Source: a candidate division WOR-3 bacterium
Lineage (GTDB): Bacteria; Hydrothermota; Tepidihabitantia; SM23-42
Length of the DNA stretch: 51,771 nt
Direction of reading: 5' to 3'
Assembly: GCA_014859085.1 (NCBI GenBank)
Contig: JACUUY010000002.1
Location: forward strand, 1 to 51,771
The first letter of the stretch is position 1. Each line of letters opens with the position of its first letter. The position numbers and the translations under genes were made by a program. Below, in pieces: positions 9,611 to 17,346 of the stretch. Below the pieces are notes generated by a model. It did not search any database, had not been told where the DNA came from, and saw only the letters and a list, made by a program, of their open reading frames with translations.

Positions 9611-9621
9611 GTCTACCTATT

Positions 9622-9649
9622 ATTATATACATAGAAACCTTCAAGTCAA
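9622..9649 (-). promoter_or_regulatory. Sigma70-type promoter TTGACT-16-TATAAT in front of the 473-aa radical SAM gene
   Basis: The minus strand reads TTGACT tgaaggtttctatgta TATAAT. Only 11 nt separate the -10 box from the ATG at 9610, and there is no clear SD. Confidence 0.5.
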
Positions 9650-9663
9650 CGACCGGCCGGTTC

Positions 9664-10371
9664 TTAGTTACCGCTCCGGCCGCGCCACTTTGCGTTAACG
9701 GCGTAGCGCCGGGCGATATCGACGAATGTCCTTGCCTCGCCCGCGGTGACTGCGGTCAACTGCCGGTATTTTTCATCGTATGCATTTTCAGGAACGTATT
9801 GCTGCAGCACCCACGTTCGTGCGCCGCGTATCCGTTCGCCTATTTCGCCAAGCGTCCCTTCATTGATCATACCGGGGACGCAGGTCGTGCGGAATTCGTA
9901 ATTGACCCGGCCTTCCATTAGCAGCCGCACCGACCGCTCTATCTTCTTTATATCAATATTCCTGCCGGCCGCTTCATTGTACCGTTCATCCAGAGGTGCC
10001 TTGATATCCATTGCCACGTAATCAACCAGGTCTTTGCTGATCAGTTCCTGCAGAGCATCAGGGTACGAACCATTGGTATCGATCTTCAGGAGGAATCCCA
10101 TCGCTTTCACGCCCCGGCTGACGGATAGGACTTCTTCGCCATACACGAACGGTTCGCCGCCGGTGAGTACTACACCATCGATCCATTTCTTCCTGGCAAG
10201 CAGTTTTCTTTCGATATCGCGCCATTCGATAAGCGGGAATTTCTCGCTGTTCAGCATCAGATCCCAGTTCTGGCAGAAGGGACACATGAAATTGCACTTG
10301 TCAAAGAAGAGGACGGTTGTCAGCTTGCCGTCCCAGTCGATCAATGAGGTCTCGATCATCGCTCGTATCAT
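9664..10371 (-). CDS. Radical SAM activating-enzyme family protein (NrdG/PflA-like)
   Basis: The motif FDKCNFMCPFCQNWDL (CX3CX2C followed by QNW) and VVLTGGEPF fit the family. At 235 aa the size is typical of anaerobic RNR activase-like proteins. No glycyl-radical enzyme gene is present in the window. Confidence 0.8.
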   Translation of the reverse strand: MIRAMIETSLIDWDGKLTTVLFFDKCNFMCPFCQNWDLMLNSEKFPLIEWRDIERKLLARKKWIDGVVLTGGEPFVYGEEVLSVSRGVKAMGFLLKIDTNGSYPDALQELISKDLVDYVAMDIKAPLDERYNEAAGRNIDIKKIERSVRLLMEGRVNYEFRTTCVPGMINEGTLGEIGERIRGARTWVLQQYVPENAYDEKYRQLTAVTAGEARTFVDIARRYAVNAKWRGRSGN

Positions 10372-10380
10372 GACGCCTAC

Positions 10381-10434
10381 CTAACTACCGTACTTTTTTC
10401 CAAAAATGCGGGAAAGTACCTCAACTGCCATCAT
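10381..10434 (-). CDS. Candidate mini-ORF (MMAVEVLSRIFGKKYGS) at the 3' end of repeat element copy A
   Basis: GGAGG lies 3-6 nt upstream of the tandem ATG ATG. The TAG stop is 9 nt before the ATG of the radical SAM activase, which itself lacks a good SD. The start position aligns with the mini-ORF start in copy B. Confidence 0.2.
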   Translation of the reverse strand: MMAVEVLSRIFGKKYGS

Positions 10435-10523
10435 CTGCCTCCACGAATTTTGCCCAGATCTTCGGTCTGGCTGTAAAATTCAGCGTCCAGCACTTTCGTC
10501 AGAGAGTGCGGGAGAATTGCCTC
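10429..10523 (-). repeat. Conserved structured intercistronic element, copy A (two hairpins plus SD plus start codon)
   Basis: The core 10444-10488 matches 18441-18485 at 42 of 45 positions, although the flanking genes are unrelated. Hairpin 1 is CCAGCACT...AGTGCGGG. Hairpin 2 has an outer stem GAATTTT/AAAATTC and an inner stem CCAGA/TCTGG. In copy B the inner stem is CCATA/TATGG, a G:C to U:A compensatory change. Confidence 0.6.
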
Positions 10524-10989
10524 AAGTGCCCTGAATTGCCCCGATCTCTTGTATTATCGCGTCCACTACTCTCGGTATGCTTTCTTTGACTTTCTGTGTG
10601 CATTCTTCGCTGAATGAATCATTATCCTCTATTTCGATTCCGTAGATCTCTGTCTTTTCGGGAATTGCCAGATTGAATTTCCTCCCGAGTTCCAGTGCGG
10701 TCGTAAAATTTATGCCATGCGAAGAAAATGAATGAACGTTTGTGAATGATGCGCTATCGATTTTATGGATGTCGCCCGGTCTTCCGTTTTCGGTCTTGAC
10801 CGAATCGATGAAGAACACTCGATCATAGTCAACGATTTCATCGAGAATAGCCAGACCGTCAATACTTCCCCACTTGACATCAACAGTGCTGTGTTTCAGT
10901 TTTCGGGCCAGTAGCTCAGCGACTTTGATACCCGCGCTATCGTCGCATCGGTAAGGATTGCCAATGCCATAGATCAGTATTCTCTTCAT
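10522..10989 (-). CDS. [NiFe] hydrogenase maturation endopeptidase
   Basis: The sequence MKRILIYGIGNPYRCDDSAGIKVAELL...FIDSV is typical of the HyaD/HybD/FrhD protease family. The gene lies directly downstream of the large subunit gene. Confidence 0.9.
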   Translation of the reverse strand: MKRILIYGIGNPYRCDDSAGIKVAELLARKLKHSTVDVKWGSIDGLAILDEIVDYDRVFFIDSVKTENGRPGDIHKIDSASFTNVHSFSSHGINFTTALELGRKFNLAIPEKTEIYGIEIEDNDSFSEECTQKVKESIPRVVDAIIQEIGAIQGT

Positions 10990-11097
10990 TAGTGAAAAAA
11001 GTTCCGTGAAGCACGCCAGGGCGCCAGACCACAGCCCAGACGCCTCTCAACAAAGATGATATGCACGCCCGGTCAATCTCAGGGCTAATAGACTATT

Positions 11098-12561
11098 CTA
11101 ATACGTTTTTATTGACCTCAACAACTTCTGGCCATGATCGTAGATGCTGACTTCGAGCGGCGTCCGGCCGTTAACCGTATGGGTTGCGCATGCCAGACAG
11201 GGATCATAGGCACGAAAGGCCATTTCCACCATGTTCAATAATCCATCGTCAACCTTGTTGCCTTTTATGAGGCCTTTGGCTGCCTTGGCTACTGACATGT
11301 TGATCGCCGCCGAGTTATTGACCGTTGCCACGATAAGATTGGCTTTGGTCAGGCGGCCATGTTCATCCGTTTCATAGTGATGGAAGAGCGTTCCCCTGGG
11401 TGCCTCGATCACACCGATGCCTTTCTTGGGCGTCTGGAAATCCATGTTTCGAATGTTAGGATCGAGTATTTGCGCGTCATTGATCAGTTCAACCATTCTT
11501 TCGGCGGACTGCAATGCCTCAATAAGTCTTGCCCAGTGTGTTGCCAGGGTTTTGTGTACGGGTTTGCCACCCAGAGTATCGTAGAATTTCTCGTAATGTT
11601 CCTGCGCCAGAGGTGTCGCCATGCCGTCGGATGCATTCAGTCTGGCCAGAGGCGCTACCCGGTAAACACCGCTTTCCTTACCGTCCGAAAAACCCTTCCA
11701 GCCGACGTTCTTCAGATACGGGAACTTGATATACGTCCAGGTCTCGATGCCCTCGGCTATGTGATCCAGGTATTCCTGGGCCTTGAATTTGGCGAATTCC
11801 TTGCCTTCGGGATCGACCACGCGGATCCAACCGTCGTAGAAATTAACCTTGTTATTGTCGTCGACCAACCCCATGTAGTAAGTTTGGTGCGTATAGATGT
11901 CGTTCAGTACGAGGTCGACGTATGCTTTATTCTTGAGGACGATATCGTCAAATGCTTGGAGAGAGAATTTGGCAAACTCGACCGCATCCTCAGCGGTTTT
12001 CTTGAAATCCGGCACCAGGTCCTTGGTCAGGGGTCTGGAAACGCCGCCCGGCAGGCAGTGCACGGGATGCACGACCCTGCCGCCCATGGTCTGGATGATG
12101 TTCCTTGTCCGTTTTCGTATGTCGATTACTTTCTTGCCTATTTCCAGACCGACCTTGCCGATAACGCCTACGATGTTACGCTCGGCCTTGGGCGCTGAAG
12201 GTCCAACGATGAAATCAGGACCGCCAAGAAAGTAGAAATGCAGATTGTGGTCCTCAAACATGAATGCGTTATATACGAATTCACGTATCCTTTGCGCAGC
12301 AGGAGGAGGTTGTACGCCGTAGAGGTCATCGAGTGTCTTACCCGAACAGGTGTGATGCGCTGTCGGGCACACTCCGCAAATTGTTTCAGTGATACGCGGC
12401 ATTTCTTCGGCGAGACGGCCGACTGCAAAACGTTCATATCCTCTTAGTTCGGGGACTTGTAGGCAAGCATGTGCTACATCCCCTTTTTCGTCAAGGAAGA
12501 TATCTATCTTGCCATGCCCTTCCAAACGCGTAATCGGGTCGATTGTGATTTCTTTGTACAT
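11098..12561 (-). CDS. mvhA: [NiFe] hydrogenase large subunit, Mvh/Vhu type (group 3c by context)
   Basis: The N-terminal motifs are RLEGHGKI and the Ni-binding ICGVCPTAHH. The C-terminal motif DPCLACATH precedes the cleavage extension. The gene is adjacent to mvhG and hdrA-mvhD. Confidence 0.95.
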   Translation of the reverse strand: MYKEITIDPITRLEGHGKIDIFLDEKGDVAHACLQVPELRGYERFAVGRLAEEMPRITETICGVCPTAHHTCSGKTLDDLYGVQPPPAAQRIREFVYNAFMFEDHNLHFYFLGGPDFIVGPSAPKAERNIVGVIGKVGLEIGKKVIDIRKRTRNIIQTMGGRVVHPVHCLPGGVSRPLTKDLVPDFKKTAEDAVEFAKFSLQAFDDIVLKNKAYVDLVLNDIYTHQTYYMGLVDDNNKVNFYDGWIRVVDPEGKEFAKFKAQEYLDHIAEGIETWTYIKFPYLKNVGWKGFSDGKESGVYRVAPLARLNASDGMATPLAQEHYEKFYDTLGGKPVHKTLATHWARLIEALQSAERMVELINDAQILDPNIRNMDFQTPKKGIGVIEAPRGTLFHHYETDEHGRLTKANLIVATVNNSAAINMSVAKAAKGLIKGNKVDDGLLNMVEMAFRAYDPCLACATHTVNGRTPLEVSIYDHGQKLLRSIKTY

Positions 12562-12562
12562 T

Positions 12563-13528
12563 TTACTCCCCCTGCTTTCGGTTGATTAGTGAACTGGGCA
12601 AAGTGTACATGTAGAACAGGCCGATCGGATCAATGATCGACTCGGCAATCTTCTTCACTTCCGCTTCATCATCGACATCAATGATCGAGGCGAGCCCGGA
12701 CATGAACCTCGCTCCCATGTCTTTTACTTCCCGGGTCGGTCCGAAGCACCCGCGGCATGGCATATTGGCATTGATGCACCGTTCGCCGCAGCCGCCCCGG
12801 GTCGCTGGACCAAGGCAAATGATACCTTCGGCCAGAAAGCATTTCTCCGGGTCGGCGATGACTTGTGAGATCCTCTTTATGTCTTTAATGGCCAGCTTCT
12901 CCGGTTTTGTCTTGTTCCTTGCGCAGGTCTCGCACAGCGCCTTTTCTGACGTGAGCACCGAGCCCTTAGCCGGCAGTTTGCCTTCGAGGATCGCCAGTAT
13001 GGCCTTCATGACGAGATCCGGAGGGGGGGCACAACCAGGCAGGTAGTAATCGACTTCTATCGTCTGGTCAAGGGTGTGCACCGTGTCAAATATCTCGGGC
13101 AGGGTCAATTTCCCGAATTCGGTTTCGGTCACGGTTTGCGGATAGATGCCCTTGGGGTTGGCGGTCGATGGCGTAGTCTTGTAGGCGGTTTCGAAGATCT
13201 CTCTGCGATTCGCGACATTGGCAAGACCGGGAATACCTCCGAGGTGGGCGCATGCGCCGTACGCGACGACGAGCTGGGATTTCCTGCGCAGAAGTTCTGC
13301 CAGGTGTTTCTGCTCGCTGGTGCGGATTGCACCGTTGATAAAACTGACGGCAAGCGCTTTGTCCGGCAGTGCCTCGACATCGGAATATTTGAAATCCATG
13401 GCAACCGGGAAGAGCTTGAACTCAACGGCATCGACGACCTTCAGGATATCTTCGGCAAGGTCAACGATCGATTCTTCACAGCCACCGCAGGAGGCACACC
13501 AGTAAAATGCGACTAATGGCTTGGCCAT
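12563..13528 (-). CDS. mvhG: [NiFe] hydrogenase small subunit, MvhG type
   Basis: The protein shows YWCASCGGCEESIVDL, GACAHLGGIPG, and distal FeS Cys clusters (CETCARN, GPATRGGCGERCINANMPCRGCFGP). Its stop lies 1 nt from the mvhA start. Confidence 0.9.
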   Translation of the reverse strand: MAKPLVAFYWCASCGGCEESIVDLAEDILKVVDAVEFKLFPVAMDFKYSDVEALPDKALAVSFINGAIRTSEQKHLAELLRRKSQLVVAYGACAHLGGIPGLANVANRREIFETAYKTTPSTANPKGIYPQTVTETEFGKLTLPEIFDTVHTLDQTIEVDYYLPGCAPPPDLVMKAILAILEGKLPAKGSVLTSEKALCETCARNKTKPEKLAIKDIKRISQVIADPEKCFLAEGIICLGPATRGGCGERCINANMPCRGCFGPTREVKDMGARFMSGLASIIDVDDEAEVKKIAESIIDPIGLFYMYTLPSSLINRKQGE

Positions 13529-13572
13529 TTATTTCCTCCTTTCTGCAAAACGAAAAACTTGATGATTATGTG

Positions 13573-13600
13573 ATTATATAGATTCCCGTGAATATTTCAA
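13573..13600 (-). promoter_or_regulatory. Sigma70-type promoter TTGAAA-16-TATAAT in front of mvhG
   Basis: The minus strand reads TTGAAA tattcacgggaatcta TATAAT. This is followed by a ~40-nt leader and the SD AAAGGAGGAAATAA before the ATG at 13528. Confidence 0.5.
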
Positions 13601-13658
13601 CATTCTCGTTGAGATTCTTTCCGGTATCCGGGTATTATCGTATTATGACTGTTCCCCC

Positions 13659-15767
13659 TTATTTATTCATTTCCTGCACAATTTCCACGAACTTATGGGC
13701 TTCATCCTTGCCGATCCACTCCAGCCGAACTTGGTTGCCTGCCATTCCAAGCGACTCCAGATTGAGTTTCAGGATCTGCTCGCGGGCCTTTGCCCGGAAA
13801 TTGCCCCGCGCATAGTGGCAGGCGTGGGGGTAACAGCCGCCGATGAGCACGCCTTTGGCGCCGTTGTTCAGGGCAAGCATGATATGGGATGGATCCACGG
13901 CACCGGTGCATGGAACACGGATGATCTTGACATTGCCAGGATAGCCCAGTTTGTCCTGCGCGGCCCTTTCGGTGGCGTTGTAGGCTGACCAGCGGCACAG
14001 AATGGCGACGATGTCTCCTTGTTGGGCCAGCTCTCGGATCTGCTCGCGCAGTCCTTCATGGTTCCACCCTTCCAGCTGGCTTGCGTAAGCCGGGCAGGTG
14101 ACCGAGCAGATACCGCAACCCATGCACAATTCCTCATTGATCTTGATCTTGTCCTCGACGACCGATATCGCACCGTAGGGACAGGTTCCGATGCACATGC
14201 GGCAGACGCTGCACAGGTCCTCATCGACGACGGCCTGGTTGATCTTCGTTTCAATCTCTTTCTGGGCCAGAAGACTCAGTGCCGAGTGCGATGCTTTGCG
14301 CGCGTCGATGAGGGTTTCGGCGACACCGCCCGGGAAAGTGGCCGCACCAGCCGTGAAAATGCCCCTGGGAAGTTCGGTATTGCTCAGTCCCGCATTTTCA
14401 TAGAGTACTGGAAAATCCACGGTCAAATTGATCTTCAATTTACTGAACGTCTCGACGTCGGGGACAAAACCGGAGCTCAGGACGACATTGTCGACCTCGA
14501 TCTCCATCAGCTCATTGGTGAACAGGTCTTCGGTCCTGACCGCCAGTTTCCCGTTCCATCTGAATACTTCAGACGGCTTACCCTTGATGAACGATACGCC
14601 CTTCTCGCGGAGCGTGTTATAGAGGTATTCAAACGTACCGTAACTCCTCATGTCCATGGCGGCCACGTAGACCTGGACGTCCGGATAACGGTCGATGATC
14701 AATTTTGCCTCCTTCAGTCCGAGCAGGCAGCAGATCTTTGAGCAGTATGGCAGGTGCTTTGAATCACGCGAACCGGCGCAGTAGATGATCGCGACTTTCT
14801 TCGGGCGCAGGGTTCCGGCCGCCACCGCACGCTCGAATTCGAGCGTCTTCATGACGCCGTCCAGACGGCCATAGCCGTATTCTTCGACCCGGCTCACGTC
14901 GTACCAAAGCAGGCCCGTGGCTACGATCACGGCCCCGGCTGCGATCTCGCTTACCTTTTCTTGTTCATTGAGATCGATCCTGCCGGGACAGACCTTAACG
15001 CATTCGCCGCAGCGCGTGCACGCCGCAAAATCGATCGCGTACATGTCAGGATAAGTGGGCACGTAATAGATCGCCTTTCTGCTCTTGCCCGCGTCGTCGA
15101 TTTCAACCGGACAAACATCAATGCACTTGCCGCAGTTGATGCATTCCTGAACGCCGCGCGGTCTGGTCACTAATTCTATTTTGTAGTCGCCAACCCGGCC
15201 GCTGACCTTAGTTATTTCGGTATTGCAGAGCGATACCGCATTTTTCTGCGACTGCATCGTGTTGATCAGGGGCATTAGCGTGTGGCTGTAAGGTGTTCCC
15301 TCAGGATACAGGCGGTCCAGCTTGGCCACGGTTCCGCCCAGGAACGGGGTCTTTTCGATCAGCGTCGTTTCGATTCCATTCTTGCTCAGCTGCGCCGTGA
15401 CTTCAATACCGGCGATCCCGCCGCCGATGACGAGTGCTTTCCGGCTGCTGATCTGGAAGAACTTTGTCTTGACCGGCCTGGTTTTCTCCATCTTCGCGAC
15501 CGCCGCGTTGATCATTTGTTCTGCTTTTTCAGGCCGGTGGCCGATCAGGAAGACATGTTCAAGGATATTCACGAATTCGGCATTGGTACCCGGGAACAAT
15601 CCCTCAAGCAGGTTCGGACTGCAGGCGGCGATCACTACTTTCTCATCGGGCGCGATCTCAGGTTTGGTTTTGCACAGGTCATCGAACTCCTCGACCTTGA
15701 CATCCGGGCCGAGCTTGAGTTTCGGCAGTTTGAGCGAGTTGTGGCAATTACACATCAATACTCTCAT
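13659..15767 (-). CDS. hdrA: HdrA-like flavoprotein fused to a C-terminal MvhD domain
   Basis: FAD motif: LVIGGGIAGIEVTAQL. Ferredoxin motifs: CINCGKCIDVCP, CTRCGECVKVCP, CSVCRMCIGTCP and CMGCGICSVTCP. HdrA signature: YCAGSRD...YCSKICC. The MvhD-type C-terminus reads ILCRWSAYN...RVPCTGAVD...GVLIGGCYPHACHY. I prefer the ATG at 15767 (GGGAGG 6 nt upstream) over 15773. Confidence 0.9.
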   Translation of the reverse strand: MRVLMCNCHNSLKLPKLKLGPDVKVEEFDDLCKTKPEIAPDEKVVIAACSPNLLEGLFPGTNAEFVNILEHVFLIGHRPEKAEQMINAAVAKMEKTRPVKTKFFQISSRKALVIGGGIAGIEVTAQLSKNGIETTLIEKTPFLGGTVAKLDRLYPEGTPYSHTLMPLINTMQSQKNAVSLCNTEITKVSGRVGDYKIELVTRPRGVQECINCGKCIDVCPVEIDDAGKSRKAIYYVPTYPDMYAIDFAACTRCGECVKVCPGRIDLNEQEKVSEIAAGAVIVATGLLWYDVSRVEEYGYGRLDGVMKTLEFERAVAAGTLRPKKVAIIYCAGSRDSKHLPYCSKICCLLGLKEAKLIIDRYPDVQVYVAAMDMRSYGTFEYLYNTLREKGVSFIKGKPSEVFRWNGKLAVRTEDLFTNELMEIEVDNVVLSSGFVPDVETFSKLKINLTVDFPVLYENAGLSNTELPRGIFTAGAATFPGGVAETLIDARKASHSALSLLAQKEIETKINQAVVDEDLCSVCRMCIGTCPYGAISVVEDKIKINEELCMGCGICSVTCPAYASQLEGWNHEGLREQIRELAQQGDIVAILCRWSAYNATERAAQDKLGYPGNVKIIRVPCTGAVDPSHIMLALNNGAKGVLIGGCYPHACHYARGNFRAKAREQILKLNLESLGMAGNQVRLEWIGKDEAHKFVEIVQEMNK

Positions 15768-15783
15768 GGTCATCCTCCCGGTC

Positions 15784-16644
15784 TCAGGTCGCTATCTTAT
15801 CGAGTATGGCGTCGGGTTTGATACGGTTGAACTTGAGACCGACCCCGTTGCCGTCGATACCCAGGCTCAAACCGAGGAGCTGGGGATAGTACAGAACTGG
15901 AATACCGTAATGGCGGCCGAACCTGGCTTCGGCCTTGCGCTGATTATCTTCATACATGACGGTGCAGAAAGGACATATCGATACCAGTCCGTCCGCTCCA
16001 TTTTCGTGCGCGATGTTCAGTTTGTGGTTGGCCATGGTTATTGCCGTTTCTTCGTCAATACCCAGGACTGAGCCGCCGCAGCACATCTTCTTGTCCGCAT
16101 ATTCGAGCGATTCGGCGCCGGTCGCGCGGACCAGTTCGTCGAGCGTGTGCGGCATCTCTGCATTGTCAAAACCGTAGAGATTGGATGGCCGCATGTAATG
16201 GCATCCGTAATGAGCCATGATCTTGAGCCGGGCGAGCGGCTTCTTGACGGCCTTGCGTATGTTCTCAATGCCGATATCTTCGTACAACATTCTGACGAAA
16301 TGGCGCACCTTGACTTCCCTGGGGTACGACATGCCCAATTTCTTGAACTTACTGCGGAATTCCTTCACGTTGAGCTGGACCTGGGCGTCAGACAGCATTG
16401 CCGTGCAGGAGTTGCAGAGCGTGACCACATCGAGGTCCATCTGGCTGGCAAGAGCGATATTACGCGCGGCGATCAGCAGGGCGGTTTCAGCATCAACCGC
16501 CTTCATGGGGAAGCCGCAACATGAGGCACCGGGTATATCGACGAGTTCCACACCCAATGCCCGGGCAACGTTACGCGCGCTGAGTTCGTAGTGTTGTGCC
16601 CGGACCGGAACAGTACATCCTAAGAAAATGGCGTATCTGTTCAT
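15784..16644 (-). CDS. hdrB: HdrB-like subunit (two CCG domains)
   Basis: The sequence is FLGCTVPVRAQHYE...ASCCGFP and AHYGCHYMRP...KKMCCGGS. There is a 4-nt start/stop overlap with hdrC. Confidence 0.9.
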   Translation of the reverse strand: MNRYAIFLGCTVPVRAQHYELSARNVARALGVELVDIPGASCCGFPMKAVDAETALLIAARNIALASQMDLDVVTLCNSCTAMLSDAQVQLNVKEFRSKFKKLGMSYPREVKVRHFVRMLYEDIGIENIRKAVKKPLARLKIMAHYGCHYMRPSNLYGFDNAEMPHTLDELVRATGAESLEYADKKMCCGGSVLGIDEETAITMANHKLNIAHENGADGLVSICPFCTVMYEDNQRKAEARFGRHYGIPVLYYPQLLGLSLGIDGNGVGLKFNRIKPDAILDKIAT

Positions 16645-17132
16645 TTCTGTAGCACCTTTAGAATGCCGGTATATTCAAGGATTCGAGCAACATCGGGTAT
16701 CGTCTTGTCGATCGCCGGGAGCCCCAGGCGTTGGCGCTTTTTCAGGTCGAAATCTTCTACCTCATAGAGCCGGCCCATTTTCAAGAGCAGATCGAGCTGC
16801 ATCTTGTAGCCTTCCGGGCAATAGCCCTGGTCCACGGCGTAGTTCTTGATCGCGTTGATCAGTTCTGCGACCCTGATGCCCTGGGGGCAACGCTCGGTGC
16901 AGGCATGGCAATGCGCGCAGAACCAGAGAAACGGCGAAGTGAGGACCCGGTCTTTCAGGCCGAGCAAGGTGAGGCGGATTATCTTTCTGGGATTGTAGTT
17001 CTCGTTGAAATACCGGACCGGACAGCTGGCAGCGCAATCACTGCATCCGAAACACTTGAGCAGTCCTTCGCCGCCTTCTTTCTTGACGATCTCCCATTTA
17101 AACTGCGGGTCGCTTTCCTTCAAGTCAATCAT
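16641..17132 (-). CDS. hdrC: HdrC-like 2x[4Fe-4S] subunit
   Basis: The cluster motifs are CFGCSDCAASCPV and CAHCHACTERCPQGI. I prefer the ATG at 17132 (AGGAG 10 nt upstream) over the TTG at 17138. Confidence 0.85.
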   Translation of the reverse strand: MIDLKESDPQFKWEIVKKEGGEGLLKCFGCSDCAASCPVRYFNENYNPRKIIRLTLLGLKDRVLTSPFLWFCAHCHACTERCPQGIRVAELINAIKNYAVDQGYCPEGYKMQLDLLLKMGRLYEVEDFDLKKRQRLGLPAIDKTIPDVARILEYTGILKVLQK

Positions 17133-17191
17133 AAGCAAACATCTCCTGTGATCGCATGTAAATATAATTCCCTGTCAATTTTATTATTGTT

Positions 17192-17236
17192 AAGAATGAA
17201 GGGGGTGCGAATGGGCGTTCCGTGCTATTTCGCCCC
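17192..17236 (-). terminator. Terminator-like hairpin plus U-rich tract inside the predicted hdrC leader (candidate attenuator)
   Basis: The minus-strand RNA reads GGGGCGAA-auagcacggaacgccca-UUCGCaCCCC, followed by CUUCAUUCUU. An alternative pairing GGGCG/CGCCC competes for the same bases. The hairpin lies downstream of the promoter at 17281-17308, so it sits in a 5' leader rather than at the end of lplA. Confidence 0.35.
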
Positions 17237-17280
17237 TGCATTATTCTGATAGTCCCGGCTCATTCAGATCCAACAGCGTT

Positions 17281-17308
17281 ATTATATGCATATTAGTCAT
17301 TCTGTCAA
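17281..17308 (-). promoter_or_regulatory. Sigma70-type promoter TTGACA-16-TATAAT for hdrCBA
   Basis: The minus strand reads TTGACA gaatgactaatatgca TATAAT. The promoter lies about 40 nt after the lplA-like stop codon and implies a ~140-nt leader before hdrC. Confidence 0.55.
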
Positions 17309-17346
17309 TCAGTGCCGATCAATCGCGGGACTCGACAAAACCGGTC

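Noticed and set aside
10444-10488. The repeat element interpreted as an internal promoter (TTTACA ... CAAAAT).
   Set aside because: The spacer would be 19 nt and the -10 box is poor. Every convincing promoter in this window has a 16-17-nt spacer and a TAnAAT box. The conserved paired regions and the compensatory change argue for RNA or DNA structure instead.
17192-17236. This hairpin interpreted as the intrinsic terminator of the lplA-like gene.
   Set aside because: A perfect TTGACA-16-TATAAT promoter (17281-17308) lies between the lplA stop codon and the hairpin. The hairpin is therefore inside the hdrC leader, and I reinterpreted it as a possible attenuator.
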